From NCBI GenBank assembly GCA_965217115.1, contig OZ244239.1, forward strand, positions 1,938,791 to 2,002,790: 64,000 bases of DNA. The letters are read 5' to 3'. The notes below the pieces were generated by a model, which was not told where the DNA came from, did no database searches, and saw only the letters and a list, made by a program, of their open reading frames with translations. Position numbers and translations under genes: made by a program. This DNA is from Bdellovibrionales bacterium. Its GTDB lineage: Bacteria > Bdellovibrionota > Bdellovibrionia > Bdellovibrionales > CAYMLA01. Position 1 is the stretch's first letter. Every line of letters begins with the position of its first letter. This document shows, in pieces, positions 39,325 to 50,651 of the stretch.

Positions 39325-40386
39325 TTGGAAAAAGAAGAGACACAAGAAATTGAAGATATAGCTAAGAACACTATTAAGAGCGTACCCCGTTTAAAAGGTA
39401 AAGTTCTGGATACCGAGGGTATTCCCAGTTGGATTTATGAATTGGAGGAAGAGGAGAGAGAGTTTATCCGTATTGCGGGAATCGCTTTTAATGAAACAGG
39501 ACGAGTGTTTGATTACAATGCTGGTGAGCTAGATTTACAAATAGGTACATTGGTCGTGGCAGAGGTTCCAGAAAAGGGTTTGATGATAGGGAGAATTGCC
39601 AAGCCTCCTTTGAAAATCGATAACACTGAGTTGAAATTAAAACTCCGTCATATCTCGCGTATAGCAACGGAGAAGGACGAAGAGGATTATGAGAGGCAAA
39701 AAAACAAAGAGGAGTTGGCTTACGATTATGCCACGTCTTATATTTCTCAATTAAAGTTGGATATGCAATTATTGAGAGTGGATTTTACTTTGGACAGTCG
39801 CAAGGCTTTGGTTTACTTCAGTGCTGAAAACCGTGTGGATTTCCGTGAGTTGTTAAAAATGTTAGTTAGAGATTTAAAATCCCGAGTGGAGTTACGCCAA
39901 GTCGGAGTGAGAGATCAGACAAAAATGGAAGGGGCCTTAGGGGCCTGCGGAGTGGAGGCATGCTGCAGTCGCTTTATTGGTAAGTTTCATGGTGTGAGCA
40001 TAAAAATGGCTAAGGTTCAAAATCTATCGTTGAAACCGACGAAGGTCAGTGGAGTTTGTGGCCGTTTGAAGTGTTGTTTGGCCTATGAATATAAGGTTTA
40101 TCAGGAGGGAATTAAGAAAGTTCCCAAAAAAGGTAAATGTGTTTCTTGCGGTAGTAAGTGTGGAGTGGTGCAGGATGTGGATGTTTTGCGTGAATTGGTG
40201 ACGATTTTATCAAATGACGGAACGGTTCACGTGGTGAAGGCCAAGGATGTGGTAGAAGTGGGACGAGATGGCAAGCCGTTTCCTAAGGAAAAAATGGTGG
40301 CGACAACTGACGAAGATGTTTTGCGTGACCAAATTCTTTCACAAACAGAGCAGGTGGAAGAAAACAATAGCGATGAAGCGAATTAG
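39325..40386 (+). CDS. PSP1-domain protein (RicT/YaaT-like)
   Basis: 353 aa. PSP1 C-terminal domain with a Cys-rich GACGVEACCSRF...CGRLKCCL segment. Conserved position after holB. TTG start after AAAGGAAG. Confidence 0.75.
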   Translation: MEKEETQEIEDIAKNTIKSVPRLKGKVLDTEGIPSWIYELEEEEREFIRIAGIAFNETGRVFDYNAGELDLQIGTLVVAEVPEKGLMIGRIAKPPLKIDNTELKLKLRHISRIATEKDEEDYERQKNKEELAYDYATSYISQLKLDMQLLRVDFTLDSRKALVYFSAENRVDFRELLKMLVRDLKSRVELRQVGVRDQTKMEGALGACGVEACCSRFIGKFHGVSIKMAKVQNLSLKPTKVSGVCGRLKCCLAYEYKVYQEGIKKVPKKGKCVSCGSKCGVVQDVDVLRELVTILSNDGTVHVVKAKDVVEVGRDGKPFPKEKMVATTDEDVLRDQILSQTEQVEENNSDEAN

Positions 40387-40388
40387 AA

Positions 40389-41204
40389 ATGGAGTGGATT
40401 GATATTCACACCCATTTGAATTTTCTTGAAGGAACACCTGAGGAGGCTATCCAGAGAGCCAGGCAGGTGGGGGTTGAGAGGATGATCACTATTGGCACAG
40501 AGCCAGAGGATCACTCGATTGTTCTGGATTTAGCGCGAAAATTTTCTCCCCATGTGTTTTGTACTTTAGGGGTTCATCCCCATGAGGCGAAGAAATACGA
40601 TGATTTGGTCGAGACATTCTTGCGCAAGAATCTTCCCGATAGAAGAGTTGTTGCTGTGGCTGAAATTGGTTTGGATTATTACTATGACAGCAGTCCTCGG
40701 GATGTACAGAGGGATGTTTTTCGTCGTCAGTTAGAGTTGGCTTGTGAGTTTGATTTGCCGATTGAGATTCATACCCGTGATGCGGAAGAGGACACGGTGA
40801 AAATTTTAAAAGAATTTTCAGGGAGAGTTCGCGGAGTGATTCATTGTTTTACGGGGACTCAATACTTAGCTGATGAAGCTTTGGCCTTGGGTTATAATAT
40901 TTCGTTCAGTGGTATTGTGACCTTTCGAAGTGCAGAGTCTTTGCGAGAAGTGTTAAAGACGGTGCCCTTAGATCGTCTTCATGTGGAGACGGACGCTCCT
41001 TATCTAGCTCCAGTTCCCCATCGCGGTAAGAAGAATGAACCTGCTTTTGTGGTAGACACGGCGAAATTGGTGGCAGAGATCAAGGGTGTCTCTTTGCAGG
41101 AGCTTTGTGATCAGACCAGAGCCAATGCTCTGGCGATGTTTCCAAAATTAGTTTGGATTCGTTCACCACAAGAAGTCCAAGAGAATCCAGAAGAGTCTCT
41201 TTAA
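40389..41204 (+). CDS. tatD: TatD-family metal-dependent hydrolase/DNase
   Basis: IDIHTHL, EIGLDYYY, and IHCFTG motifs. Confidence 0.85.
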   Translation: MEWIDIHTHLNFLEGTPEEAIQRARQVGVERMITIGTEPEDHSIVLDLARKFSPHVFCTLGVHPHEAKKYDDLVETFLRKNLPDRRVVAVAEIGLDYYYDSSPRDVQRDVFRRQLELACEFDLPIEIHTRDAEEDTVKILKEFSGRVRGVIHCFTGTQYLADEALALGYNISFSGIVTFRSAESLREVLKTVPLDRLHVETDAPYLAPVPHRGKKNEPAFVVDTAKLVAEIKGVSLQELCDQTRANALAMFPKLVWIRSPQEVQENPEESL

Positions 41205-41281
41205 AAGCACGTCTCTCTTTGCCCAAATCAAATATTTGTGGTACACCCCTGAAGTGAATTCTAGTTATTTGGAGGCTGATT

Positions 41282-42286
41282 TTGTCTAAATTAAAAGTGG
41301 GTATTAATGGTTTTGGTCGTATTGGTCGTGTTCTGCTTCGTGCGGGATTTGATCAGATAGATATCGCTGGAATTAACTGCGTAGGTGATCCAAAAACCTA
41401 TGCACATTTGTTAAAATATGATTCTAGCCATGGAGCCTTTAATAAAGATGTGTCTGTCGGAGAAGGGTGTTTAATTATTGATGGAAAAAGAATCCCTGTG
41501 AGTTCAACTTATAAGCCAGAGGAGATTCCTTGGTCTGATTGGGGAGTGGATGTTGTCTTGGAGTGTACAGGTGCTTTTAATAAGAGAGAGCAGGTGTTAA
41601 AGCACATTGAGGTGGGAGCGAAAAAAGTGATTGTTTCAGCTCCCTTCTCAGAGGCTGACTTAACCCTTGTCTATGGAGTGAACCACACTCAGTACAATCA
41701 TGGGAAGCATCATGTGATTAGTAATGCTTCTTGCACGACAAATTGCCTGGCTCCTTTGGCCAAGGTCCTACAGGAAGAATTTGGTATTCATTATGGAATG
41801 ATGACCACGATTCACTCCTACACCAATGATCAGAAAGTTTTGGACACTCCCCATAAGGATTTGCGTCGAGCCAGAACGGCGGCAGTGAATATGATTCCGA
41901 CGACAACGGGTGCGGCGAAGGCTGTGGGTTTAGTTCTGCCTGAATTAGCAGGTAAAGTCGATGGGTTTGCTATTCGTGTACCGACGCCTAATGTGAGTTT
42001 AGTGGACTTTACTTTTGAATCAGTGAAGGCGATTTCAAAAGAGAGTATAAATGCGGCGATTAAGAAATCAGCCGATAGTTCTTTGAAGGGAGTTCTGTCC
42101 TATACGAATGAGCCATTGGTGAGTTCTGATTTTATGAGTGATGTCCATAGCTCTGTTGTCGATTTGGATTTGACGATGGCGGTGTCGGATAAAATGGGAA
42201 AGGTGATTTCTTGGTATGACAATGAAATGGGTTTTTCTAGGCGTATGATAGATATTGTTAAATATATGCAATCTCAAGGTCTATAG
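41282..42286 (+). CDS. gap: glyceraldehyde-3-phosphate dehydrogenase
   Basis: INGFGRIGR and the SNASCTTNCLAP active site. Confidence 0.95.
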   Translation: MSKLKVGINGFGRIGRVLLRAGFDQIDIAGINCVGDPKTYAHLLKYDSSHGAFNKDVSVGEGCLIIDGKRIPVSSTYKPEEIPWSDWGVDVVLECTGAFNKREQVLKHIEVGAKKVIVSAPFSEADLTLVYGVNHTQYNHGKHHVISNASCTTNCLAPLAKVLQEEFGIHYGMMTTIHSYTNDQKVLDTPHKDLRRARTAAVNMIPTTTGAAKAVGLVLPELAGKVDGFAIRVPTPNVSLVDFTFESVKAISKESINAAIKKSADSSLKGVLSYTNEPLVSSDFMSDVHSSVVDLDLTMAVSDKMGKVISWYDNEMGFSRRMIDIVKYMQSQGL

Positions 42287-42287
42287 A

Positions 42288-43535
42288 ATGCAATCTGTAG
42301 GGATGGCGACAGGCTTGGATAAAATTACTTGCATGGATGAGCTGTCTTTAGATGGGAAGAGAGTTTTTCTACGTTTAGACTTAAATGTTCCTTTGCGTGA
42401 TGGAGAGATTAAAGACGAGACTCGTATTCGTGCGTGTTTACCGACGATTCGCTATATTCTTGATCATGGCGGAAAATTAGTCGTAGGATCTCATTTAGGC
42501 CGACCTAAAGGAGAAGAAGATCGTCAAAAATTATCTTTAGAACCCGTGGCAAAGCGTCTAGGTGAACTCTTAGAGATAGAAGTTTTTCTGATGGAAGATA
42601 TTTTAGGTCAAGCTCCACAGCAATTACTCAATGGTTTAAGATCAAGCCAAATAATTATGTTAGAGAATCTACGTTTTGTGGATGAGGAGATTAAAAATTC
42701 CCAAGAGATGGCTGTGATAATTGCGAGCTACATTGATATCTATATCAATGACGCCTTTGGAGCTTGTCACCGCGCCCATGGGAGTATTTCGGCCTTGGCC
42801 AAAGAGGTTGAACAAAGAGTGGTGGGATTTTTAATTCGCAAAGAAGTGGAGATGTTAGATCAGGTCATTTATCAATCGACGAATCCTTTTGTTGTTATCT
42901 TGGGTGGTTCTAAGGTGAGTGACAAAATTGGTGTATTTGAAAATCTTATGGAGAAGGTGGATACTTTTATTGTTGGAGGCGCGATGGCCTACACTTTTTT
43001 AAAAGCCAAGGGCGTGAGCGTGGGAGATTCTTTAGTGGAGCGAGATTATCTGACTTTCGCCAAAGAAATAATTCGTTCTCTGGAGACACGAGGAAAAAAG
43101 CTTTTATTGCCTGTGGATCATATAGTGGCGGAAAACCTTAATGCCGAAGAGACAGCTCGGATAAATGAATCTGAAAATATAGAGAGAGGATGGATGGGTT
43201 TAGACATCGGCCCTCGATCTACTGAACTTTTTATTGAAGAGATAAGCAAGGCTAAAACGATTTTCTGGAATGGTCCGATGGGAGTGTTTGAAAAAGAAGT
43301 TTATAGTAAAGGAACTTTTTCTGTGGCTCAGGCTGTGGCCGATAATGGTGGGTTAACTGTTGTTGGTGGAGGAGATTCGGTAGCGGCGACAAATGCTGCG
43401 GGTGTTGCCGATAAGATGACTCATATTTCTACGGGTGGTGGCGCGAGCTTGGAATACTTACAAGGTGATAAGTTACCGGGGCTTGAAGCTTTGCGCAAGA
43501 CGGGTCGTGAGGGTGTGACGCCAACCCTGAGCTAG
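42288..43535 (+). CDS. pgk: phosphoglycerate kinase
   Basis: The ORF is open from 42255, inside gap. ATG 42288 or 42303 is the likely start. LDGKRVFLRLDLNVPL, GSHLGRPKG, and GGGDS motifs. Confidence 0.9.
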   Translation: MQSVGMATGLDKITCMDELSLDGKRVFLRLDLNVPLRDGEIKDETRIRACLPTIRYILDHGGKLVVGSHLGRPKGEEDRQKLSLEPVAKRLGELLEIEVFLMEDILGQAPQQLLNGLRSSQIIMLENLRFVDEEIKNSQEMAVIIASYIDIYINDAFGACHRAHGSISALAKEVEQRVVGFLIRKEVEMLDQVIYQSTNPFVVILGGSKVSDKIGVFENLMEKVDTFIVGGAMAYTFLKAKGVSVGDSLVERDYLTFAKEIIRSLETRGKKLLLPVDHIVAENLNAEETARINESENIERGWMGLDIGPRSTELFIEEISKAKTIFWNGPMGVFEKEVYSKGTFSVAQAVADNGGLTVVGGGDSVAATNAAGVADKMTHISTGGGASLEYLQGDKLPGLEALRKTGREGVTPTLS

Positions 43536-43572
43536 TGAAGTTTTCTTTACAAACCGTTGGAGAAGGTGGAAT

Positions 43573-44385
43573 TTGATGAGAGATTTTATTTGCGCTGCAA
43601 ACTGGAAATTAAATAAAACACCTAGAGAGGCTCAAAGATATTGCGAGACTCTTCTCAAGGATGACTTCGTAAAAGATCATTTGATACAAGGCAATCAGAG
43701 GGATATTGCCAATGGATTGAAATGTGCGATTTTCCCACCTGCCTACAACTGGAATGTTGTTTCGAGTACTTTGGATAAAACTCAAATTCATTGGGGCCCG
43801 CAGAATTGCTATGCAGAGAAATCGGGAGCCTTTACAGGAGAAAATTCTGCCCATGTCGCAAAAGAGATGGGGGCTAGTTATGTGCTTGTGGGGCATAGTG
43901 AAAGGCGTCAGTTGTTTTTAGAGAATAATGATTCTATATCGGATAAGATAGAGGCATTTCAAGGAGTGAATCTTATTCCTATCTTGTGTGTTGGAGAAAC
44001 TTTGCAGCAACGACAAAGCGGACAAGCTAATCATGTTGTCGGTGAGCAGTTAAGGTGTGGTTTAGCAAAGGTGGATTTTTCTAAGAAGTTTGTCGTGGCC
44101 TATGAACCAGTGTGGGCGATTGGCACAGGAGAAGTGGCTTCTTTGGAGCAGGTGGAAGAAGCCCATAAAGGTATTGGTCAGATATTGTTAGAAATAGCTA
44201 GTGATAGGGGGGGCAATGGGGCTCCCGAGAACTTCCGTGGGACAGTGTCGATTCTTTACGGTGGAAGCGTAAAACCAGATAATGCCAAGGCATTGGGTGA
44301 GTTGATAAATGTGGATGGATTTCTTGTCGGTGGAGCCTCTTTAGAGCCAGAGAGCTTTTTATCAATACTTAAATCATCTAAATAG
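43573..44385 (+). CDS. tpiA: triosephosphate isomerase
   Basis: AANWKLN, VGHSERR, and AYEPVWAIGTG. Confidence 0.95.
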   Translation: MMRDFICAANWKLNKTPREAQRYCETLLKDDFVKDHLIQGNQRDIANGLKCAIFPPAYNWNVVSSTLDKTQIHWGPQNCYAEKSGAFTGENSAHVAKEMGASYVLVGHSERRQLFLENNDSISDKIEAFQGVNLIPILCVGETLQQRQSGQANHVVGEQLRCGLAKVDFSKKFVVAYEPVWAIGTGEVASLEQVEEAHKGIGQILLEIASDRGGNGAPENFRGTVSILYGGSVKPDNAKALGELINVDGFLVGGASLEPESFLSILKSSK

Positions 44386-44468
44386 ATTTATTCGCTTAAA
44401 TGTTTCATAATGAGGCATTAGTGCAGGTTGAATTGTGTTGTTTCTGATTAAGGCTCTAGAATATAGAG

Positions 44469-44696
44469 ATGAATAATTTAACCCATGTTCGGCGTTGCCA
44501 TGTTTGTGGAGAGGTTTCTGAAAATAAGGAACAAGATGTTGAGCGCTGTAACCACTGTAAAAAACCTCTGGCCCAGTTCTGTTTTTTTGACGATCGCCGT
44601 GTCCTGCCTCTTTCGGATGATAGAAAGGCAGGAGATATTTTAGATGCTTATCAACCCATCCGTGGTTTAACTGCCTATTGGGATCATGCAGCTTAG
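44469..44696 (+). CDS. small zinc-ribbon protein, unknown function
   Basis: 75 aa with CxxC...CxxC (CHVCGE...CNHCKK). Confidence 0.45.
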   Translation: MNNLTHVRRCHVCGEVSENKEQDVERCNHCKKPLAQFCFFDDRRVLPLSDDRKAGDILDAYQPIRGLTAYWDHAA

Positions 44697-44705
44697 TAGG
44701 CTTTT

Positions 44706-45587
44706 CTAAATTTCACTAAAACTCACCTGAATCCATCCATCATTTTCGTTGTGGAAAAAGACATTTTCACCGAGGCGGGTTTTTTCGATTTCTTTCAGAG
44801 ATAGAATGTTCTTTAATTGCCCGCTGATTTGGGACAATTGATCAACAATGCTCTCCTGTGTATAATGAGTGATCTGATTTAAATGAAAATCGGTACTTAA
44901 GCTCTCAAAAATTTTTTTTGGAATATATCGAAACCTATCGTTAACTAATTCAAAGGGGATAAGAGACTCTAGAATTAAGGCATTTCTGTGGTTATGGGAT
45001 TTAAACGAATCAATAATCTTCCAGAGGTCATCTGATTTGATATAGTAAGAAATTCCTTCGGCAATAAGGAGAGTGGGAAGATTTGAGTTCCATCCAGCAT
45101 GGCATAATTTTTCTCGGAGTATTTCCGTATCAGTTATATCTGCGGTGAGGCACTGAATATTATTGATTTGATTAAGAAGGTTTTTCTTAGTGTCCATATT
45201 ATCAAGGTCGACATCGAAGACAGATGTTTTTGGAAACATCGAAGCGATCTCAATGGACAGAGGATCAAGGCCCGCCGCCAGAATAATCACCTGGCTGTTT
45301 TTACTGGAGTCGTCGATCCCACTATTAGTAGATGAATTGTTAGATAAACAGCTGAATAAGAAATCAAAGGCGAGTTTTTTTATAGCATATTTTCTATTTG
45401 TTATAACTTGACTGTAAGAGGGCCATATTTTTTCATAATCTCGCACTAAGGCTTGTCCTTCAGTGAGATCAATGGATTCTAAGTACTGTGAAGTGTTGGG
45501 ATGGGCAGAGGAGTCTTTGTCAGTCCAGAGAAGGACAAGAGCTGATGTGGGGGAGAGTTTACACTTAGAGTGTTTTGGCTTTTTCAA
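44706..45587 (-). CDS. class I SAM-dependent methyltransferase (leucine carboxyl methyltransferase-like family)
   Basis: 293 aa. VIILAAGLDPLS motif typical of the LCMT/TIGR00027-like family, followed by a DVDL acidic loop. Confidence 0.6.
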   Translation of the reverse strand: MKKPKHSKCKLSPTSALVLLWTDKDSSAHPNTSQYLESIDLTEGQALVRDYEKIWPSYSQVITNRKYAIKKLAFDFLFSCLSNNSSTNSGIDDSSKNSQVIILAAGLDPLSIEIASMFPKTSVFDVDLDNMDTKKNLLNQINNIQCLTADITDTEILREKLCHAGWNSNLPTLLIAEGISYYIKSDDLWKIIDSFKSHNHRNALILESLIPFELVNDRFRYIPKKIFESLSTDFHLNQITHYTQESIVDQLSQISGQLKNILSLKEIEKTRLGENVFFHNENDGWIQVSFSEI

Positions 45588-45593
45588 TATGAA

Positions 45594-46622
45594 TTACTCC
45601 CAGTTAAGAATGACTTTACCCGATTTTCCGCTAAGCATCGTTTCAAACCCTTGTTGGTAGTCATCAATTGAAAAATGATGGGTAATAACAGGCGATATGT
45701 TCAAACCACTTTGAAGCATTGTCTTCATCTTATACCAAGTTTCAAACATTTCACGGCCGTAAATACCTTTCAATGTTAAACCCTTAAAAACAATTTGATT
45801 CCAATCAATAACCATGTTTTCAGGAAATATTCCAAGGCTGGCAATACGTCCTCCATTATTCATAGTATCCAACATATCTTGAAGAGCCTGGGCATTACCT
45901 GACATTTCAAGACCGACATCAAACCCCTCAGTCATATTGAGTTCATTAAGGATGTCTTTTAAGTTCTCATTGTTTGTATTCACTGTGCGAACTTTAGGAT
46001 CTATCTTACGTGCAAGCTCTAAGCGGTGTTCATTGATATCAGTGATGACGATATGTCTTGCGCCGATATGACGACAAATAGCCACGGCCATAATACCGAT
46101 GGGGCCAGCTCCAGTGATAAGGGTGTCCTCTCCTATGGAGTCAAAAGTAAGGGCGGTGTGGACAGAATTACCAAGAGGGTCAAGGATAGAGGCCGTGTCA
46201 TCAGAGATATCGTCAGGAATAGGAAAAGCATTTGTTGCAGGAATAGACAAGAATTCTGCAAAGGCTCCTTGACGATTAACCCCAATACTAACAGTGTTGC
46301 GACAGAGGTGACGACGACCTGCTCGACAGTTGCGGCAATAAGCACAGGTGAGATGACCTTCCCCTGAAACACGATCACCAACTTGATAGCCACTGACGTG
46401 AGAGCCAACTTCATGGATGATGCCAACAAACTCATGCCCTGTTATCATAGGAACAGGGATATTCTTCTGTGACCACTCATCCCATTTATAGATATGAATA
46501 TCCGTTCCGCAAATAGCTGTTTTTTTAATCTTGATAAGAAGATCATTAGCTCCACACTCTGGCTTAGGAGCATCAATCATCCAGAGACCCACTTCTTTCT
46601 TTGTTTTAGCCAATGCCTTCAT
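45594..46622 (-). CDS. tdh: L-threonine 3-dehydrogenase
   Basis: 342 aa. The N-terminus is almost collinear with E. coli Tdh ([26 protein letters not shown]). Zinc ligands and GAGPIG are present. Confidence 0.95.
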   Translation of the reverse strand: MKALAKTKKEVGLWMIDAPKPECGANDLLIKIKKTAICGTDIHIYKWDEWSQKNIPVPMITGHEFVGIIHEVGSHVSGYQVGDRVSGEGHLTCAYCRNCRAGRRHLCRNTVSIGVNRQGAFAEFLSIPATNAFPIPDDISDDTASILDPLGNSVHTALTFDSIGEDTLITGAGPIGIMAVAICRHIGARHIVITDINEHRLELARKIDPKVRTVNTNNENLKDILNELNMTEGFDVGLEMSGNAQALQDMLDTMNNGGRIASLGIFPENMVIDWNQIVFKGLTLKGIYGREMFETWYKMKTMLQSGLNISPVITHHFSIDDYQQGFETMLSGKSGKVILNWE

Positions 46623-47806
46623 TTGATGACCCCTAGTTGTTGACCGATTTTCTTAAAGCCAAGAACAGCTTTTTTAATATCTTCTTCGCTGTGAGCTGCG
46701 GACATTTGCGCACGGATACGGGCTTTTTCTTTAGGAACAACAGGATAGGAGAAGCCAACTACATAAATACCTTCCTTGAGAAGCTCGTCAGACATCTTAT
46801 TTGCAAGAGAGGCATCACCTAACATAACTGGTATTATGGGATGTTCTCCTGGGAGAAGTTCAAAACCAGAAGAGATCATCTCTTGGCGAAAAAGTTTTGA
46901 ATTACTTTTAAGTTTTTTTCTAAGGACAACGGAGGATTGTAAGATATCCAGAACTTTCAAGGATGTTTTTACAATGACAGGAGCAAGGGAGTTAGAGAAT
47001 AAGTAGGGTCGAGAACGTTGGCGCAGCCACTCAATGACTTCCTTCCGTCCTGAGGTGTATCCACCAGAGGCTCCTCCGAGGGCCTTTCCCAAAGTTCCTG
47101 TGATAATGTCTATGCGTTTTAAAACATGACAGTGTTCATGTGTTCCTCGACCATTATCTCCCATAAATCCTACTCCATGGGAATCGTCAACCATAACCAT
47201 GGCATTGTATTTATCAGCTAAATCACAGATAGCTTCAAGATTGGCGATAAAACCATCCATAGAGAAAACACCATCTGTGGCAATGAGTTTATAACGACAG
47301 TTTTTTGTATTCGCTTCTTTGAGTTGAGTTTCTAGGTCGGTCATATCATTGTTTTTATAACGATAGCGCCGGGCTTTGCATAGACGAATGCCATCAATAA
47401 TGGAGGCATGGTTAAGGGAGTCACTGATAACGGCATCCTCAGGGCCAAGAATAGTTTCAAAGAGGCCTCCATTGGCATCAAAGCAGGAGGTGTAGAGGAT
47501 CGTGTCTTCAGTGCCAAGAAACCCACTGAGTCTTTCTTCGAGTTCTTTGTGAATATCTTGTGTTCCACAGATAAAACGCACACTGGATAAGCCAAAACCA
47601 TACCGTTCAATAGCTCCCTGGGCAGTTTTAATAAGTTCTGGGTGATTGGAGAGACCTAGATAATTGTTGGCGCAAAAATTAATGACATCCTCTCCGTCGG
47701 CAATGATAGATGACTGCTGTGGGGATGTGATGACTCGCTCATTCTTATAAAGTCCAGCGTCTTTAATATTTTCGAGTTCACTATTTAGATGTTGGGTAAA
47801 GTTCAT
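46619..47806 (-). CDS. kbl: 2-amino-3-ketobutyrate CoA ligase (glycine C-acetyltransferase)
   Basis: 395 aa. PLP lysine in GTLGKALGG. Canonical kbl-tdh operon with a 4-nt overlap. Confidence 0.9.
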   Translation of the reverse strand: MNFTQHLNSELENIKDAGLYKNERVITSPQQSSIIADGEDVINFCANNYLGLSNHPELIKTAQGAIERYGFGLSSVRFICGTQDIHKELEERLSGFLGTEDTILYTSCFDANGGLFETILGPEDAVISDSLNHASIIDGIRLCKARRYRYKNNDMTDLETQLKEANTKNCRYKLIATDGVFSMDGFIANLEAICDLADKYNAMVMVDDSHGVGFMGDNGRGTHEHCHVLKRIDIITGTLGKALGGASGGYTSGRKEVIEWLRQRSRPYLFSNSLAPVIVKTSLKVLDILQSSVVLRKKLKSNSKLFRQEMISSGFELLPGEHPIIPVMLGDASLANKMSDELLKEGIYVVGFSYPVVPKEKARIRAQMSAAHSEEDIKKAVLGFKKIGQQLGVIK

Positions 47807-47848
47807 TTTCCATATCCTCTTAGGGAAGTTATCTTAACAATGCTTGCA

Positions 47849-48295
47849 TTAGTGAATACCAAATGTCTGCCCGTATTCCCAGATTTTGTTGTTATTAGAG
47901 CTGTTGTTAAGATGATATTCTATGATAACGCCATGTTTTTTTTTATGTTCCCAATTAATAATGTTAATGTCTAAATCATACTGACCATTTTTCTGAGTAT
48001 TATTTAAGAAAAAAGGAATCGCCGTAATAAACTGTTCTTTGCTATCACCTAAATACGAGAGAGAGGTTTTTTTTATTTTATTAAGAGCCTTGGGATTACG
48101 ATTTAAGAGATTGTCAGAGTAGTGGGAGACAAACCATTGCAAATAGATCTGCTGCTTAGGGGGTAACATAGATAGAGCCATAGGACTCTTGCAAATAAGC
48201 AAGAGCAACCCAATGCTGGTAAGGGACAGCGCTATAAAATAGGAAAAAGCCCGAATCATAGGGGGTATTATCAGGTTTATTTTAAAAAGAGACAA
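47849..48295 (-). CDS. hypothetical membrane-anchored protein
   Basis: 148-aa ORF with an N-terminal TM helix. The start is uncertain; M13 at about 48259 is possible. Confidence 0.4.
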   Translation of the reverse strand: MSLFKINLIIPPMIRAFSYFIALSLTSIGLLLLICKSPMALSMLPPKQQIYLQWFVSHYSDNLLNRNPKALNKIKKTSLSYLGDSKEQFITAIPFFLNNTQKNGQYDLDINIINWEHKKKHGVIIEYHLNNSSNNNKIWEYGQTFGIH

Positions 48296-48563
48296 GGTGT
48301 TAGAGTGGCTCAGAAGCCATCAGTCATGACAAAAAAGGGGGGAGTCCTGTGGTCATCTCTAGGTCACTCTAAGTAGCTAGAATTAAAGGTTAAACATACA
48401 TTTTGCGGAGAGCTGTACAGAAAATCGTCATGTTTGCAATTCTGCCTAATAAGTAGATTCCACAGAAAAACCTTGTATTTACAGTAACTTATGGATATCA
48501 AGAAAAACTGGCATGGCCTTTGGACTTAGAAAGGGTGTGAAACTCTGTTTAAAGGCGGGATGT

Positions 48564-49754
48564 ATGAAACTTTATTGTCGATCTATTATAATTTCTGCGG
48601 TTGTGGGTGCCTATGTTGCCTGTGCCCCAGTAGAGTTTGTAGAGAATGAATCATTTGTCTGTAATGACTTATTGGATGAATGCACGCGAGTGACTCCCAC
48701 AGGAATAGATTATGAGCATAGGGTTTCTGCTCCTGGTAAGAATGTGGACATCCTCTTTGTTGTCGATAACTCAGGGTCTATGTCATTTGAACAGAATGAA
48801 ATAGCCAATCGTTTTAATGGTTTCTTAGCGCAGTTAGACGGTAAAGAGATGAATTATCACATTGCAATGACAACGACGGATATATCATCTTCTAGTAATC
48901 CATCCCGTTCTATTAATAAGAATGGTGTTTTGCAGGATGGGAAGTTGCTTCAATTAGTAGATAGCAATGGCAATGGCACGGGCCAATACATAATTAAGAG
49001 AGACCAGTCTAATCGTGAGGAACTTTTTGAAAAAACGATTATGCGTCCAGAGACACTGGCCTGTGAAAACTGGTTGAATAGCTTCAATTCAGGAAGCGAT
49101 CCTTTAACAAGAGTTAATGAGAGAGAAGCTGCTATAGCTAATTGTCCTTCATTTGATGAGAGAGGGATTGTGGCGGCAGGTAAAGCTGTAGAACGTAACG
49201 AGCATGGATTTTTACGGAGAAATGCCCATACAGCAATTGTTATTATTTCCGATGAAGATGAAAGAAGTGTTGGTGCTGACGGAGTTGCAGACAGTAGATA
49301 CGCAAATGCTAAATATGGAATCGAAACCGAGGATCGACCTGAGGTTTTCATTGAAGATTTTAAATATAAATTTGGCGTGAATAAAACATTGACGGTTCAC
49401 TCGATTATCGTCAAACCAGGGGATGTATCTTGCTTAAACATTCAGAATGCTCAAACTAATGGTGTGAAAGGTTTTGAAGGTGATTTTTATGAAAAACTCT
49501 CAAACCTAACTAGTGGAGTTGTAGGGGATGTGTGTGCCAGTAACTACACAAGTCAGTTAGAAGCCATCGGTTCAACCATCGCTCAACAGACGGTATCCAT
49601 TGCAATTCACTGTTCTAGTCCTGAGAGTCTGAAAGTGGCCTTTTCTCCAGTAGAGAACGCTGTTCCCTATGAAGTTATGGATAGTAAAATAGTTTTTGAT
49701 GACGCCTTGGATGCCAATACTTCAGTGACGGTTTCATACAGTTGTAAGAATTAA
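48564..49754 (+). CDS. von Willebrand factor A domain lipoprotein
   Basis: The ORF is open from 48513. ATG 48564 gives signal MKLYCRSIIISAVVGAYVAC. MIDAS motif DILFVVDNSGSMS. Confidence 0.7.
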   Translation: MKLYCRSIIISAVVGAYVACAPVEFVENESFVCNDLLDECTRVTPTGIDYEHRVSAPGKNVDILFVVDNSGSMSFEQNEIANRFNGFLAQLDGKEMNYHIAMTTTDISSSSNPSRSINKNGVLQDGKLLQLVDSNGNGTGQYIIKRDQSNREELFEKTIMRPETLACENWLNSFNSGSDPLTRVNEREAAIANCPSFDERGIVAAGKAVERNEHGFLRRNAHTAIVIISDEDERSVGADGVADSRYANAKYGIETEDRPEVFIEDFKYKFGVNKTLTVHSIIVKPGDVSCLNIQNAQTNGVKGFEGDFYEKLSNLTSGVVGDVCASNYTSQLEAIGSTIAQQTVSIAIHCSSPESLKVAFSPVENAVPYEVMDSKIVFDDALDANTSVTVSYSCKN

Positions 49755-49788
49755 AAAAAAAGCCGTTTTAATTCAAGATTAGAACGGC
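49753..49788 (-). terminator. rho-independent terminator (minus-strand sense, also a hairpin after the plus-strand vWA gene)
   Basis: Stem GCCGTTTTAAT / ATTAGAACGGC, flanked by A9 on the plus strand, which is T9 after the stem on the minus strand. Confidence 0.7.
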
Positions 49789-49865
49789 GAAGTTGATTTT
49801 CTATTTAAAAATAAGACCTATAGTCATTCAAGCATGTTTTAAAGCAGATTTACAATGGCTGCCAA

Positions 49866-50585
49866 TTACTTTCCTTTCTTTCGAAGTTTCTTTGATGTCT
49901 TCTTTGTCTTATTCTTTAGGATATCGAGCAATTCAACTTCAAACACCAAAACAGAGTTGGCTGGAATACTAGGTCGTCCTCTCTCACCGTAGGCCAAGTT
50001 GCTAGGGATATAGAGCATCCACTTGGACCCTTTTGACATTAACTGTAAAGCCTCAGTCCAACCAGGAATAACTCCTTTTACAGGAAACTCAGCAGGAGTG
50101 CCACGTTTGCGAGAGCTATCAAATTCAGTGTCATCGAGAAGTTTTCCTACATAGTGGACTCTAACTTTAGAGTTAGCAGAAGGTTTTGGGCCTTTACCAT
50201 TGGTTAAAACCTTGTACTGTAGGCCTGATTTTGTGGTTTTAACACCAGATTTCTTTTTATTCTCTTCAAGAAATTTGAGACCTTCGGCCTTACTTTTCTC
50301 AGCTTTTTGCTTTTTCTCAGCCATGAGTTTTTCTCTCATTTTTTGAATAGCCTCTGTTTTTTCTTTGTCAGTTAAGCGACTTTTCCGGCCTTTTAAAACG
50401 TCGTCTATCGCAGCAGCGACAAGGTCAACATTGGCATCAACACCTTGAGCCTTCATTCCCTGACCGATTTGCCAACCAATGGTATAACTGGCTTTTTGTT
50501 CGTCAGTTTTGAGGGGGGGATTTTTCTTATCATTACACCCTGTGAAAGTAATGAAGGCTGTTAAAGTTATAATTAATCGAAACAT
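49866..50585 (-). CDS. FKBP-type peptidyl-prolyl isomerase (FkpA/Mip-like), lipoprotein
   Basis: 239 aa with lipobox FTGC and an N-terminal dimerisation helix. The FKBP domain shows VHYVGKLLDDTEFDSS and VIPGWTEAL. Confidence 0.85.
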   Translation of the reverse strand: MFRLIITLTAFITFTGCNDKKNPPLKTDEQKASYTIGWQIGQGMKAQGVDANVDLVAAAIDDVLKGRKSRLTDKEKTEAIQKMREKLMAEKKQKAEKSKAEGLKFLEENKKKSGVKTTKSGLQYKVLTNGKGPKPSANSKVRVHYVGKLLDDTEFDSSRKRGTPAEFPVKGVIPGWTEALQLMSKGSKWMLYIPSNLAYGERGRPSIPANSVLVFEVELLDILKNKTKKTSKKLRKKGK

Positions 50586-50651
50586 GATATCCTCTCTTTT
50601 TTTAAGTGAATAGATTCACGAGAGATTACGACAAAATGCTCAAGGTAGAAA